Shown here in pieces: positions 27,175-36,658 of a stretch of DNA of 64,000 nucleotides. The notes under the pieces were generated by a model. The model did no database searches. It was not told the origin of the DNA and saw only the letters and a program-made list of their open reading frames with translations. Both the position numbers and the translations under genes were made by a program. This DNA comes from an uncultured Chloroflexia bacterium (lineage in GTDB: Bacteria; Chloroflexota; Limnocylindria; QHBO01). The stretch lies in contig CAWFCQ010000003.1 of NCBI GenBank assembly GCA_963814375.1, forward strand, positions 32,001 to 96,000, written 5' to 3'. Within the stretch, counting starts at the first letter, position 1. Every line of letters starts with the position of its first letter.

Positions 27175-29397
27175 GACACGTGCGACCGGCTGGCTCCGGA
27201 AGCAGCCCCGCGGTGCGCTCCTAGCTCTCGGCGCGGCGGCTGCGGTCTTCGTGTATGTCGGCTGGGATGGCGCGCTCTGGGACGCGCGCTGGCAGCTCGG
27301 GCTGCATCTGCTCGCCATCGGCGCCATCGGTGGATTGCTCGCGCTTGCCCTGCGTGGCGAGCCGATGCCGCGGACGCGGATCGACATGGCCGTCCTCGGC
27401 CTCATCGCCGCCTTTGCCCTCGCGACGCTGCTGGCAGTCAACCTCGGCATGAGCCTCCGCGCGATGGCGGCCATCAGCGCGACCGCGCTGATGCTGCCGG
27501 TCGCCCTGGTGGCCCTGCGCCATCGGCCGACGTGGACCGCGATCGTCATATGCGTGCCGGTGAGCGGCCTCGCGGCCGTGTCCCTCGGCACGATCGTGGC
27601 TCGACGTCTGGAGTGGATCCTCGTCGGCGCCCCCGGCCTTCCGGCCATCCGGATGCCCGGGGAGACGACCCCGTTCGGATCGGTCGCCGTCCCGCCGTTC
27701 GTCCTGCTCGGCGCGTGGGCCGTGGCGGGCGCCATCGAGGACGCCACGGGCCGCCGTTGGATGCGCACGATCATCCTCGTCCTCGGCGTCCCGCTGACGA
27801 TCCTCTCCGGGTCGCGCTCGGCTTGGCTGGCGATGGGCGTAGCGGGGGCGGTCCTCGTCGTGCCGTGGCTGTGGGAGCGCCGCGGCTCCACCGCGCGCCG
27901 CTGGCGGCCTTCCCGCCGAGCGCTGATCGCTCTCGCCGCGCTGGCCCTCGGCATCGCCGCCACCGTGGTCCTCGTGGCGCCGCGCGCCCTCTCGATCACC
28001 TCGCTGGTCTACCGCGGCGACCTGTGGCGCGACACCATCAACGCCTGGTCGCACAGCCCCATCACCGGAATCGGGCCGGGCATCATGCCGTACGCGCGCC
28101 AGGCGGCGGCGCCCGACTACTCGTTCCCGGTCAGCCAACCCCACTCGCACAACCTGGCCCTCGGCGTCCTGGGCGACGCCGGCATCATCGGGTTGGCGGC
28201 GGCGGTGGTGCTGGTGGTGAACCTGTTCGCGGTCGCAGGCCCCTGGCGATCGCGGACGGCGACCGGGCGCGGCGCCGCTGCCGTTCTCAGCGGGATCGCG
28301 GTCAGCGGGCTGTTCGAGGACATCACGTTCCTGCCGGGCTTCAACCTCATCGTGATCGTGCTCGTCGCCATGGCGCTGGCCGATGCGGGTGCGGTGACGT
28401 GGCGCCCCATCGGACCGCCCGAACGTGCCCGCGCACCGTGGCCGCCGTCGCCGCGGCCACGGTTCTGCTCGTCGCCATGGTCGTGGCGGATGCCGGTGGC
28501 ATCGCCTACCGGGCCGGCTCCGATGCCGCGAACGATCAGCGCTGGCCCGAGGCCGTCGCAGCCTACCGCCGGGCCGTATCGATCGACGCCTGGCACCCCA
28601 TGAACCCTGACGCGCTGGGCGTGGCGCTCGCCGCCGCCGGCGACGTGTCGGGCGCCGTCCAGCCGATGGCCGCGGCGACTGCGCTCAATCCCGGCAACGG
28701 GCGGGCCTGGGCCAATCTGACGGTGACATGCCGGGCCCTGGCCGACGCCGAGTGCCAGCGCGAGGCGGCGCGGAGAGCGGTCGCCGCATCGCGCCTCCAG
28801 GACAAGGCCATCATCAACGGTGCACAGAGCCTCGACGCACTCGGTGAGCAAGCCGATGCCGACGCTGCATACCGTCGCTCGCTTCTCACGCACCCGCTCA
28901 CCTCGTTCGCGGTCGACTGGCCGCGCCAGGTGGCTGTGGGCGACGGCATGATCGACGAGACGAACGGGCCGGCACCGGAGCTCAACGCGCTGCTCGGGCG
29001 GGTCAGCACCGGTGAGCCGATCGAGCCGGCCGACTACGCGACCGACGCGGTCCAGGCGCTGGCGTTCGCGATCGTCGGAGATGAGGACGCGTCCCGGGCG
29101 GCGATCGAGCGCGCGCACGGGAGCGCGCCGGACAGCCTGCTCACCTGGGAGGTCGACATGGTCCTCGCGCGAGAGCGAGGCGAGTCATCGGCCTATGCGG
29201 AGAATGTCTACGCCGTGCTCTCCGGGTCACCCGTCCTCCCGCCCGATCATCCGATCGAGGTGCCCGGCCTGGTGTTCGACATCGGGTCGTTTCGCAGCCT
29301 CCCGCGCGACGGTTTCGTACCGCAGGCGGAGGATCTGCGGGTATTCCCGCTGTACCCGTGGATCCTGGGCGAAGTGGTCCCCGACTCAGGCGGATAG
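27164..29397 (+). CDS. O-antigen ligase (Wzy_C)-like membrane protein with a C-terminal TPR region; apparent frameshift near 28410-28436
   Basis: SGSRSAWL, RGDLW, PITGIGPG, HSHN in one frame; a TM plus TPR-like helices (AVAAYRRAVSID, ALNPGNGRAWANL) continue in another frame. Confidence 0.8.
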
Positions 29398-30075
29398 CGG
29401 CAGTCGCTGGATCAGCGCCAGCCGCGGGCGTTCGGTGATCGCCGGCGGCTCCACGGGCAGTCGCAGCCACGCCTCGCCCGCCGGACCGGACCGGTACCGG
29501 GCGTCGAGCTTGCGGGCGCTGACCGCGGTCAGCCCGAACCGACCCAGCGCCTCGGCCATCAATGTCCCGTCACCCACCAGTGCGTGCGAGACAACGCACC
29601 GATCGCCATCGCGCAGGACCTCCTCCAGGCGGGCTCGACGGGCGGCGTAGGCGCGACGCTGCCACGAGACACCACCGCACCAGAGCAGGTCGCAGGCGAC
29701 GAACGCAGGACGGCCCGCGCTCCGGTCGCCGGCAAGTCGACGCCGAAGCAGGTCGTGATCGAGCCAGCCGCCCTCGTCCAGGGCGAGGAGCCAGCCGTCG
29801 AGCACGACCCCGTCATCGGTGAGCCGCTCCGGCAGCTCGTCGGCGAGCTCGGCGAACGCGGACTCCGCGTCGGCCAGTCCCTCCGCCCGCAGGCGAAGGA
29901 GGCGATGATCGTCGATCCAGGCCATCGCGCGGACGCCCGGCCACCATGGCTCGAAGAGGTACCCGGGATCATCAAATGGCGCGGCTCCGGCACTGGCGTG
30001 CATGGGAGCCACGCGCGCCGGCAGGCGCTGGGCAGGCTCAGTCGGGATCGAGAGGTCGAGCTGCTCGCCGGGCAC
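29386..30075 (-). CDS. ATP-dependent DNA ligase adenylation-domain homolog, catalytically degenerate
   Basis: PMHA, FEPWWPGVR (motif I lacks K and D), VLDGWL, FVACDLL, RRARLEE, YRSG, WLRLP; no OB domain. Start approximate. Confidence 0.8.
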   Translation of the reverse strand: MPGEQLDLSIPTEPAQRLPARVAPMHASAGAAPFDDPGYLFEPWWPGVRAMAWIDDHRLLRLRAEGLADAESAFAELADELPERLTDDGVVLDGWLLALDEGGWLDHDLLRRRLAGDRSAGRPAFVACDLLWCGGVSWQRRAYAARRARLEEVLRDGDRCVVSHALVGDGTLMAEALGRFGLTAVSARKLDARYRSGPAGEAWLRLPVEPPAITERPRLALIQRLPLSA

Positions 30076-30085
30076 GACCCGCAGG

Positions 30086-31003
30086 TCAGGCGGTCTTGCG
30101 CCGTCGCTGGCGCGGCGCCGCCTCTTCGGCCTTCGCCCGCTTCGCCCTGGCCGACGCCTTGGCTGGTGCCTTGGCGGTTGCCTTGGCCTTTGCCTTGGCC
30201 GGCGCGGCCTTCGGCGCCTTCCGATCCTCCCGGGCTGCCGAGACCGAGGCCTCGAGGGCCGCCATGAGGTCGGTGATGTTCGTCGGCTCGGCACGCTCCT
30301 GCGGCTCGGGCTCCTCGCCGGCGACCTTCTTCTCGATGACGTCCATCAGCGCCTGCCGGTAGCCGTCCTCGTAGTCCGCGGGGTTGAACTCACCGGTCAT
30401 GCTGGCGACGAGCTGCTCGGCCATCTTCCGCTCCGCGGGCTTGATGTCGACCTCGTCCTCGGGCAGGCTCAGCTCGTCGACGGCGCGAACCTCGTCCGGC
30501 CAGTGGAGCGTGGTCAGGAGCAGCGTCTTCGAGTACGGGTTGAGGGCGGCGAGCTGCTCGCGATCCTTCAGCACGATCTTGCAGATCGCGCTCTTGTTCT
30601 CCTCGACGAGGACGGACTTCAGCAGGTAGAACGCCTTCGCGCCGATCTGCTCGGGCTCGAGGTAGTAGGCCTGCTTCACGAACTGCGTGCCGGCGCCGTC
30701 GCGCGAGGCGTTGATGAACATCTCGATCTCGATGGCACGGACCGTCTTGAGCGGCACCGAGTCGGTGTCCTCGTCGCTGACGACGACGTACTTGCCCTTG
30801 CTCCATTCGTACCCACGCACCGTCTCCGACCGCGGGATCACCTCGTCATGGAAGGGGCAGTACACCTTCATCTGGATCCGGTTCAGGCAGCTGGCGTGCA
30901 GCAGGTTGAAGCCGATGCCTCCCTGCTCGGTCGCCAGGTACAGCTTCACCGGGATGGTCACCAGCCCGAACTGGATCGCCCCCCGCCACATCGATCGCGC
31001 CAT
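30086..31003 (-). CDS. ku: NHEJ DNA end-binding protein Ku
   Basis: MARSMWRGAIQFGLVTIPVKLY, RGYEWSKGKYV, YYLEP, LHWPDEVR, DLMAALEASV and a basic tail. Confidence 0.96.
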   Translation of the reverse strand: MARSMWRGAIQFGLVTIPVKLYLATEQGGIGFNLLHASCLNRIQMKVYCPFHDEVIPRSETVRGYEWSKGKYVVVSDEDTDSVPLKTVRAIEIEMFINASRDGAGTQFVKQAYYLEPEQIGAKAFYLLKSVLVEENKSAICKIVLKDREQLAALNPYSKTLLLTTLHWPDEVRAVDELSLPEDEVDIKPAERKMAEQLVASMTGEFNPADYEDGYRQALMDVIEKKVAGEEPEPQERAEPTNITDLMAALEASVSAAREDRKAPKAAPAKAKAKATAKAPAKASARAKRAKAEEAAPRQRRRKTA

Positions 31004-31191
31004 CGCGTGCGGTGCTCCTCGCCTGCGTCACGTCTTCGGTGGGAGCCCGGAGCACGCGCCGTGCCGGGCCCCGCGGGCGGTGATGGTACAACGGCATCGC
31101 AATCGCTCTGGAGCCGGGTCGATTTACCCCATCAGTACTATGCGGATGGGCCATAGACCGATGTCGGCGCCTGCGCGCGAGACTGGCCGCG

Positions 31192-31584
31192 ATGACCGAT
31201 GCGAGCGCTGCCCTGCGCGCCTACGTGCTCGAGGACGACCCCGATATCGCGGCCCTCGAGGCCGATCTCCTGCGCGAGATGGGCTTCGGCGTGGTGACCT
31301 GCACGCGGATCGTGGAGCTCGGCGACCTGATGGAAGTCGCGCTGCCGCACCTGCTGGTTGTCGACGTCATGCTCCCCGACGGCGATGGCGGTGACATCAC
31401 CGAGCTCCTGCGCACCGCGTGGCCGGGCATCCCGGCGATCTTCGTCTCGGCCGCCAGCCGCGACCGGCTTGCCGAGCTCGCACCGATCGGTCCGGTGGTG
31501 GCGAAGCCATTCGACCTCGACGCGTTCCGCGTCGCCGTCAACCAGGCCCTCGACGGCGACCGGGAGCTCCGCAGCGCATCGTGA
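31192..31584 (+). CDS. Single-domain response regulator
   Basis: LEDD, VDVMLPDGDG, FVSA, KPF. Confidence 0.88.
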   Translation: MTDASAALRAYVLEDDPDIAALEADLLREMGFGVVTCTRIVELGDLMEVALPHLLVVDVMLPDGDGGDITELLRTAWPGIPAIFVSAASRDRLAELAPIGPVVAKPFDLDAFRVAVNQALDGDRELRSAS

Positions 31585-31595
31585 GCGCGGCAGCG

Positions 31596-32069
31596 CTAGC
31601 CGGAGCCCTTCGGACCGATGACCGTCACGACGGCCTCGTGCACGCCCCCGTCGGTGCCGACCAGCCGGTATCGGTGCTCCACTCGCGCCACGACCGACAG
31701 CATCGCGTTGACCGGGCAGTAGCGGGTCGCCGACAGCTCGATCGCCCGCCGCAGCGCCTCCGGGGTGACGTCACCTCGAACATGGTGCTCGACCTCGATC
31801 GCGACGAAGACGCGCGGGTGAGACTGGGCGGAGCTGCCGCTCACCGCGATCTGGTAGGCCGAAGCCGACTGGCGCTTCTTGCGCAGGATGCTGCACACGT
31901 CGATCGCGGTGCATCCCGCCAGGGCCGCCAGGAGCGCCTCCTTGGGGCTCGCCGCCGAGTCGTCGCCGTGCGGAGGATCAGCGTCCATCACGATGGGCTG
32001 CCCTCCGCTGGTCCTGGCTTCCACGCGGCCCCCGTTGGGATTCACCGTGGCGCGGATGCGGGTCGGCAT
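31596..32069 (-). CDS. OsmC/YhfA family protein
   Basis: SPKEALLAALAGCTAID and YCPV. Confidence 0.9.
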   Translation of the reverse strand: MPTRIRATVNPNGGRVEARTSGGQPIVMDADPPHGDDSAASPKEALLAALAGCTAIDVCSILRKKRQSASAYQIAVSGSSAQSHPRVFVAIEVEHHVRGDVTPEALRRAIELSATRYCPVNAMLSVVARVEHRYRLVGTDGGVHEAVVTVIGPKGSG

Positions 32070-32101
32070 CGCCGCAGCCTACCCGAGCGGGGGTCGTGCC
32101 G

Positions 32102-32854
32102 ATGCGGGTGATCCGCCCCGAGTCGATGGGCTCATCGCGCCGGCGCCCGGCTCTCCTGGCGCTGACCGTCCTGGCGGCCGGCGTGCTCTCGGTCGCGCTC
32201 ATGACCGTCGGGCAGCCGACCCCGCTTCGCACGGGCGTCCTGGCCACGACCGCCGCCGTCGGCATCGGCGTCGGGCTTGCGTGGCTGGTGCGGGCCATCC
32301 GGTCCGACCCGGGACGGCGCATCAGCGGCGCGCTGGTGACGCTCCTCTCGGCGACCTTCGATGACTCGTACACCCTGGTCGTCGCTCCCCGCCTCTCCAT
32401 CCGCGAGGGAGGTCGCCTCGACGGTCTGCTCGTCGGCCCGGGCGGCGTACGGGCCCTGACCGCCCGAGACTGGGTGGGCCATTACCGGCTGCGAGGCAGG
32501 ACCTGGGAGTTCGACTCGCACGGCCGCCACGGCTGGATCGTCTGTCGCACCAACCCGAGCCTCGAGGCCAACAAGCTGGCCGAGGGGGTCGGCCGCTGGA
32601 TGCGCGAGGCGGGGCTGCCCGACCTCACGCTGCGCGCAGCGGTGGTCTTTCCGCACCGCCACTCGCAGGTCGTGCTCGAGGAGCCTGCCGACGAGATCGT
32701 CACGACCGACAACGCGCCGTGGTGGGCGAACACGTTCGGTCGCGTGCGTCGCATCGATCCGGCCACTTCGGCGCGCGTCCTCGAGGCGGTGCTCGATGCC
32801 GCCGAGCCGGCGCGCCGCCTGGCCGAGCCGCGAACCGGGGGCCAGCAGCTCTAG
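32102..32854 (+). CDS. Membrane-anchored NERD (nuclease-related domain) protein, degenerate
   Basis: Two N-terminal TMs; LDGLLVGPGGVRALTARDWVG, NPSLEA and AAVVF match the NERD pattern but lack ExK. Confidence 0.72.
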   Translation: MRVIRPESMGSSRRRPALLALTVLAAGVLSVALMTVGQPTPLRTGVLATTAAVGIGVGLAWLVRAIRSDPGRRISGALVTLLSATFDDSYTLVVAPRLSIREGGRLDGLLVGPGGVRALTARDWVGHYRLRGRTWEFDSHGRHGWIVCRTNPSLEANKLAEGVGRWMREAGLPDLTLRAAVVFPHRHSQVVLEEPADEIVTTDNAPWWANTFGRVRRIDPATSARVLEAVLDAAEPARRLAEPRTGGQQL

Positions 32855-33450
32855 GCTGGCTCCTCCCCGGTGCCTCGCAGCCACACCTCGGCCGTCCGCT
32901 CGTCGAGCACGTCCGCCAGGAGCTGCTCCGGGTTCTCGTCATCGGCCACGAGCAGGATGTGCGCGAGATCGCGCCGAACGGCGAGCGCGGGCACGCTGAG
33001 CTCGAGGTCCGGATGGGCTCCGGACGAGATCGTGGCGTCGGTCATCGCCACGAAGCGGTCGGGGACGTTGAGCAGTCCGTCGATCGGACGGCCGCCGGGC
33101 GCGACGTGGATACGCCCCGTCACGCGCAACGGGGGAAGAGCCATCTGGGCCAGGACGGGACGCTTCATGATCCGCATGTCCCGCGAGGCCTCCCCAACGA
33201 GGTTCGGAGCGATGAGCACGAGGATCTCGCTCACCGCCACCATCGCCACCGGGGCGGCGACGGCCGTGGTCGCATTGGCGAACTCGGTGATCTGGGCGCG
33301 ATCGATGGCGAGATGCGAGCCGGTCACCTGGTTGACGATGTCGGCGACGCGGGTGAACCGGGTATGGACCGTCCCGCTGACGCGATAGGCGGCGGTGTAG
33401 GCGTCAACCTCAACGGGTGCCGCCGTGCCGTCCATCCCGAATCCGCTCAT
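32851..33450 (-). CDS. Hypothetical protein with two internally similar domains (DUF6812-like)
   Basis: YRVSGTVH...RVADIVN and LRVTGRIH...DGLLN...FVAMTDA are similar halves. Confidence 0.7.
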   Translation of the reverse strand: MSGFGMDGTAAPVEVDAYTAAYRVSGTVHTRFTRVADIVNQVTGSHLAIDRAQITEFANATTAVAAPVAMVAVSEILVLIAPNLVGEASRDMRIMKRPVLAQMALPPLRVTGRIHVAPGGRPIDGLLNVPDRFVAMTDATISSGAHPDLELSVPALAVRRDLAHILLVADDENPEQLLADVLDERTAEVWLRGTGEEPA

Positions 33451-33494
33451 GCCCGTCTCCCGCTCATGCGCGCCGGATCGTACCCCGCGCCGGT

Positions 33495-35222
33495 CTACTC
33501 TGCGTCGCCGACGGCCTCGATCCGCTCGGTCTCGCCCGCTGCGCCGGTGGCCAGCAGGATGCGACCGGACGCCTGCTCGCCAAAGAGTGCCTCGACCGTG
33601 TCGAGCGTGTCGATCTCACCGGGCGTCTTGTCGTCGCGGATCCGGACGATGCGGGGGAATCGCATGGCGAAACCTGACCGATGCCGGCCGGACCGCATGA
33701 TGCGGTCGAAGGCGATCTCGACCACCACCTCGGGCACCACCGTCCGATACCTGCCGAAGTCCTCGAGCGTGATGCCGTGGAAGTGGTCGGTCATGGTGGC
33801 GATCTCGGCATCGGTCAGGCCGGTGTACGCCTTGCCGATTGTCAGCAGGCGAGCATCGGGCTCGTCGCTCTCGCGCACCGCGAAGGTGTAGTCGGAGAGC
33901 ACGCCGCGGCGCTTGCCGTGGCCCCACTCGACGCCGACCACCACGCAGTCGAGCGTCGCCAGCGCCTTCTTCAGCTTCAGCCAGCCCAGGCCACGCCGGC
34001 CTGGCTGGTAGGTCGAATCGGGGTCCTTGACCATCAGGCCCTCGTTGTGCCTCGCCCGGGCATCATCGAAGTGCCGATCGACCTCGCCCGCGGAGGTGGC
34101 GGTCGCGAGGTGCGATCGAAGGATCCTCTCGCCGGTTCGCTCGGGGAGGGAGAGCGCGTCGAGCGCCGCGCGTCGCTCGCGGAGCGGGGCCTCCAACAGG
34201 TCCTCCCCGCCGCGGTGCAGCAGGTCGAACGCAACGAGCACGACCGGCACCTCGGCCAGCAGCTCCTTCGACGGCCGGACGCGCCCGAGCCTCGTCTGGA
34301 GCGACGCGAAGTCGAGGACCGACCCCTCGCGCCACGGGACGAGCTCCCCATCGATCACCAGGGTGCCGTCGTCGACGAGGGCGCTCGACGCGGCCGCGAT
34401 CTCCGGAAACGAGCGCGTCACATCGTTCAGGTCGCGGCTGAAGAGCCGGATGGCTCCGCTCGCCTCGAGGTGGAGCTGGGCGCGGATGCCGTCGTACTTG
34501 TCCTCGATCCACGCCTCGTCACCGACGCGGCGCATCACCTCGGCCGCATCGGCCACGGGGGAGGCGAGCATGAACCTGATCGGCCGCCCGACGTGCAGCG
34601 CCGCCTCCGCCAGCCGCCCCGAGCGCGCCAGCAGGGCCGCCTCGCCGATCTCGCCGGTCAGCATGTGGGCGCGACGCACCGCGTCGAGGTCAGCTTCGAA
34701 GGCCGCGCCGATGGCCTCCTCGAGCAACCCTTCCCGGAGGCCGATGCGGGTCTCGCGCGAGACGATCCGGCCGATGAACCGCGCCTCGTCTCCCGAGGCA
34801 CGGCGGAAGAGATCGGTAAGGAGCCGAACGCGCGCGTCCGTCTTCGCTGCGCCGGAGATGGCGCCGAAGCCGGCGGCGACATCGGCGACCGTCAGTCCTG
34901 CCGGACCGCTGTCCGCGAGCAGCTCGCCGGCGGCGTCGCCGAAGTCGGAGTGGCGCAGATATGCCGCTCGCAGGCCGTCCTCGTCGGCACCGCTGGCCGC
35001 CGCGAGGGCCGCGCCCTGCTGGACCCAGCCAAGGCCGAGCTTGGCAGTGGGATCCAGGAGCGGCCGCCCCGCAAAGAACACGCTCGCGGCTGCCAGGTCA
35101 TCGGCTGGGAGCGCGCGGAGATAGCCGGCGAGCAGATCGCGCTTCGCGTTCTTGCTTCTCGTGGATCCGACCGCGGCGGCCGTGGCCGCCAGATCGGCGA
35201 AGGGTGTCGAGGCTGCGGCCAT
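33495..35222 (-). CDS. ATP-dependent DNA ligase (LigB/archaeal-like, full length)
   Basis: EDKYDGIR, IDGEL, AFDLL, EGLMVK, WLKLK, GKAYTG, RFPR all intact. Confidence 0.95.
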   Translation of the reverse strand: MAAASTPFADLAATAAAVGSTRSKNAKRDLLAGYLRALPADDLAAASVFFAGRPLLDPTAKLGLGWVQQGAALAAASGADEDGLRAAYLRHSDFGDAAGELLADSGPAGLTVADVAAGFGAISGAAKTDARVRLLTDLFRRASGDEARFIGRIVSRETRIGLREGLLEEAIGAAFEADLDAVRRAHMLTGEIGEAALLARSGRLAEAALHVGRPIRFMLASPVADAAEVMRRVGDEAWIEDKYDGIRAQLHLEASGAIRLFSRDLNDVTRSFPEIAAASSALVDDGTLVIDGELVPWREGSVLDFASLQTRLGRVRPSKELLAEVPVVLVAFDLLHRGGEDLLEAPLRERRAALDALSLPERTGERILRSHLATATSAGEVDRHFDDARARHNEGLMVKDPDSTYQPGRRGLGWLKLKKALATLDCVVVGVEWGHGKRRGVLSDYTFAVRESDEPDARLLTIGKAYTGLTDAEIATMTDHFHGITLEDFGRYRTVVPEVVVEIAFDRIMRSGRHRSGFAMRFPRIVRIRDDKTPGEIDTLDTVEALFGEQASGRILLATGAAGETERIEAVGDAE

Positions 35223-35277
35223 CGGCCAAGTCTAGGGACCGATCGGCCTTGACCATGCCGGCGCCGGAACCGATGCT

Positions 35278-35886
35278 GTGGCCGTGGTCTTTCCATGGCA
35301 GAAGCGCAACGTGCCGCCTGAGCTTGCGGAGCGCGTGCCACCGGGGCAGGTGCTGACCGACAAGTTCCCGGTGCTGCACTTCGGTCGCGTCCCGTCGTAT
35401 CCGGACCTGTCGGGCTGGGACTTCCGGGTCTGGGGCGAGGTGGCGAGCCCGCTCACCCTGAGCTGGGGCGAGTTTCGCAACCTGCCGACCGCCGAGCAGA
35501 CGCTGGACATCCATTGCGTCACGCGCTGGTCGAAGCTCGACACCCGCTGGGAGGGCGTCGCCTTCAGCCAGCTGGCTGAGGCGGCGCAGCCGACGAGCGC
35601 CGCGCGGTTCGTGATCTTCCACGCCGAGGGCGGCTTCACGTCGAACGTGCCCCTGGCTACCGCGATGCGTCCGGAGTGCATCCTGGCCTGGTCATACGAT
35701 GGCCGCCCGCTCGAGCCGGACCACGGATACCCGCTACGGGCGATCGTGCCGGGAACGTACTTCTGGAAGAGCGCCAAGTGGCTCCGAGGCGTCGAGTTCA
35801 GCGCCGAGGACCAACCTGGGTTCTGGGAGCGCAACGGGTATCACAACGATGCTGATCCGTGGCGCGAGGAGCGTTACTCCTCCTGA
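35278..35886 (+). CDS. Sulfite oxidase-like molybdopterin oxidoreductase
   Basis: RVPPGQ, DIHCVTRWS, HGYPLR, YFWKSAKWL, GFWERNGYH. Confidence 0.92.
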   Translation: MAVVFPWQKRNVPPELAERVPPGQVLTDKFPVLHFGRVPSYPDLSGWDFRVWGEVASPLTLSWGEFRNLPTAEQTLDIHCVTRWSKLDTRWEGVAFSQLAEAAQPTSAARFVIFHAEGGFTSNVPLATAMRPECILAWSYDGRPLEPDHGYPLRAIVPGTYFWKSAKWLRGVEFSAEDQPGFWERNGYHNDADPWREERYSS

Positions 35887-36146
35887 TCCGCTGACGCCTC
35901 GTCCATCTCCTTGGCGCGCGCGATCAGCTCGGCGACGCGGCGGCCGCCCTTTCGGCCGATCTCGCGAAAGTGCTCGTTCGAATAGCGCTCGCTGACGGCC
36001 TTGCCGCCCTTCGCGCCGATCTCCTGGAAGAACTCGGCGCCATACCGAGCCCGGGTGGTCTTCCCACCCTTCCGACCGGCTTCGCGGACGCTCATGTTCC
36101 CCTGATCGGAGGAGTCGTGCTGCGTTGCGCGCTCGCGCTCCGCCAT
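35874..36146 (-). CDS. KGG-repeat general stress protein (GsiB/YciG/Em-like)
   Basis: Three repeats EAGRKGG / EIGAKGG / EIGRKGG; GGAGG SD. Confidence 0.88.
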   Translation of the reverse strand: MAERERATQHDSSDQGNMSVREAGRKGGKTTRARYGAEFFQEIGAKGGKAVSERYSNEHFREIGRKGGRRVAELIARAKEMDEASADQEE

Positions 36147-36240
36147 CTGGGGCCTCCTGTGCTTCGTCAAGGGTCGCGCCTCGCACGACCCAGCCAAGCG
36201 GGGAAGCAAGTTGCATACCGGCCGCTAGAATGGCGCGCCG

Positions 36241-36552
36241 ATGCACCCCCTCCTGCGCAATGCGGTGATCGGGCTCGTGGGCCTGATCATCGCCGCCGCG
36301 CTCGCCGCCCTGGCGCTCCTCGGACGAGACTCGAACCTCTCGATCCTGGCGCTCTTCGCTGCCGGCCTGCTCGGCACCGCCGTCGGCCTCTTTCTGTTCA
36401 CCCAGGGCTGGATCTGGGGCAGCCGCGCGGCTCGCCGGCGCGAGACCGGCCAGGCGACGATCATCGCGATCGGCGGCGGGCTGATGGCCCTCGTGGCCGC
36501 CGTCGCCCTCGCCGGCCTGCTGATCATGGCCCTCCTCTTCCTCCTCGGCTGA
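36241..36552 (+). CDS. Hypothetical 3-TM membrane protein
   Basis: Hydrophobic ORF with host-like codon usage. Confidence 0.7.
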   Translation: MHPLLRNAVIGLVGLIIAAALAALALLGRDSNLSILALFAAGLLGTAVGLFLFTQGWIWGSRAARRRETGQATIIAIGGGLMALVAAVALAGLLIMALLFLLG

Positions 36553-36581
36553 CGCGCGCGCTGCTACGATCCTTCCACGCC

Positions 36582-36658
36582 GCCCCCATCGTCTAGAGGC
36601 CTAGGACGCCACCCTTTCAAGGTGGAGATCAGGGGTTCGAATCCCCTTGGGGGCACCA
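36582..36658 (+). tRNA. tRNA-Glu(TTC)
   Basis: GCCCCCA...CCACC-CTTTCAA-GGTGG anticodon arm...GGTTCGAATCC...TGGGGGCACCA. Confidence 0.97.

Noticed and set aside
31004-31191. SigB-like promoter for ku (GGGTAAAT on the minus strand)
   Set aside because: No convincing -35 element at the proper spacing; too weak to call.
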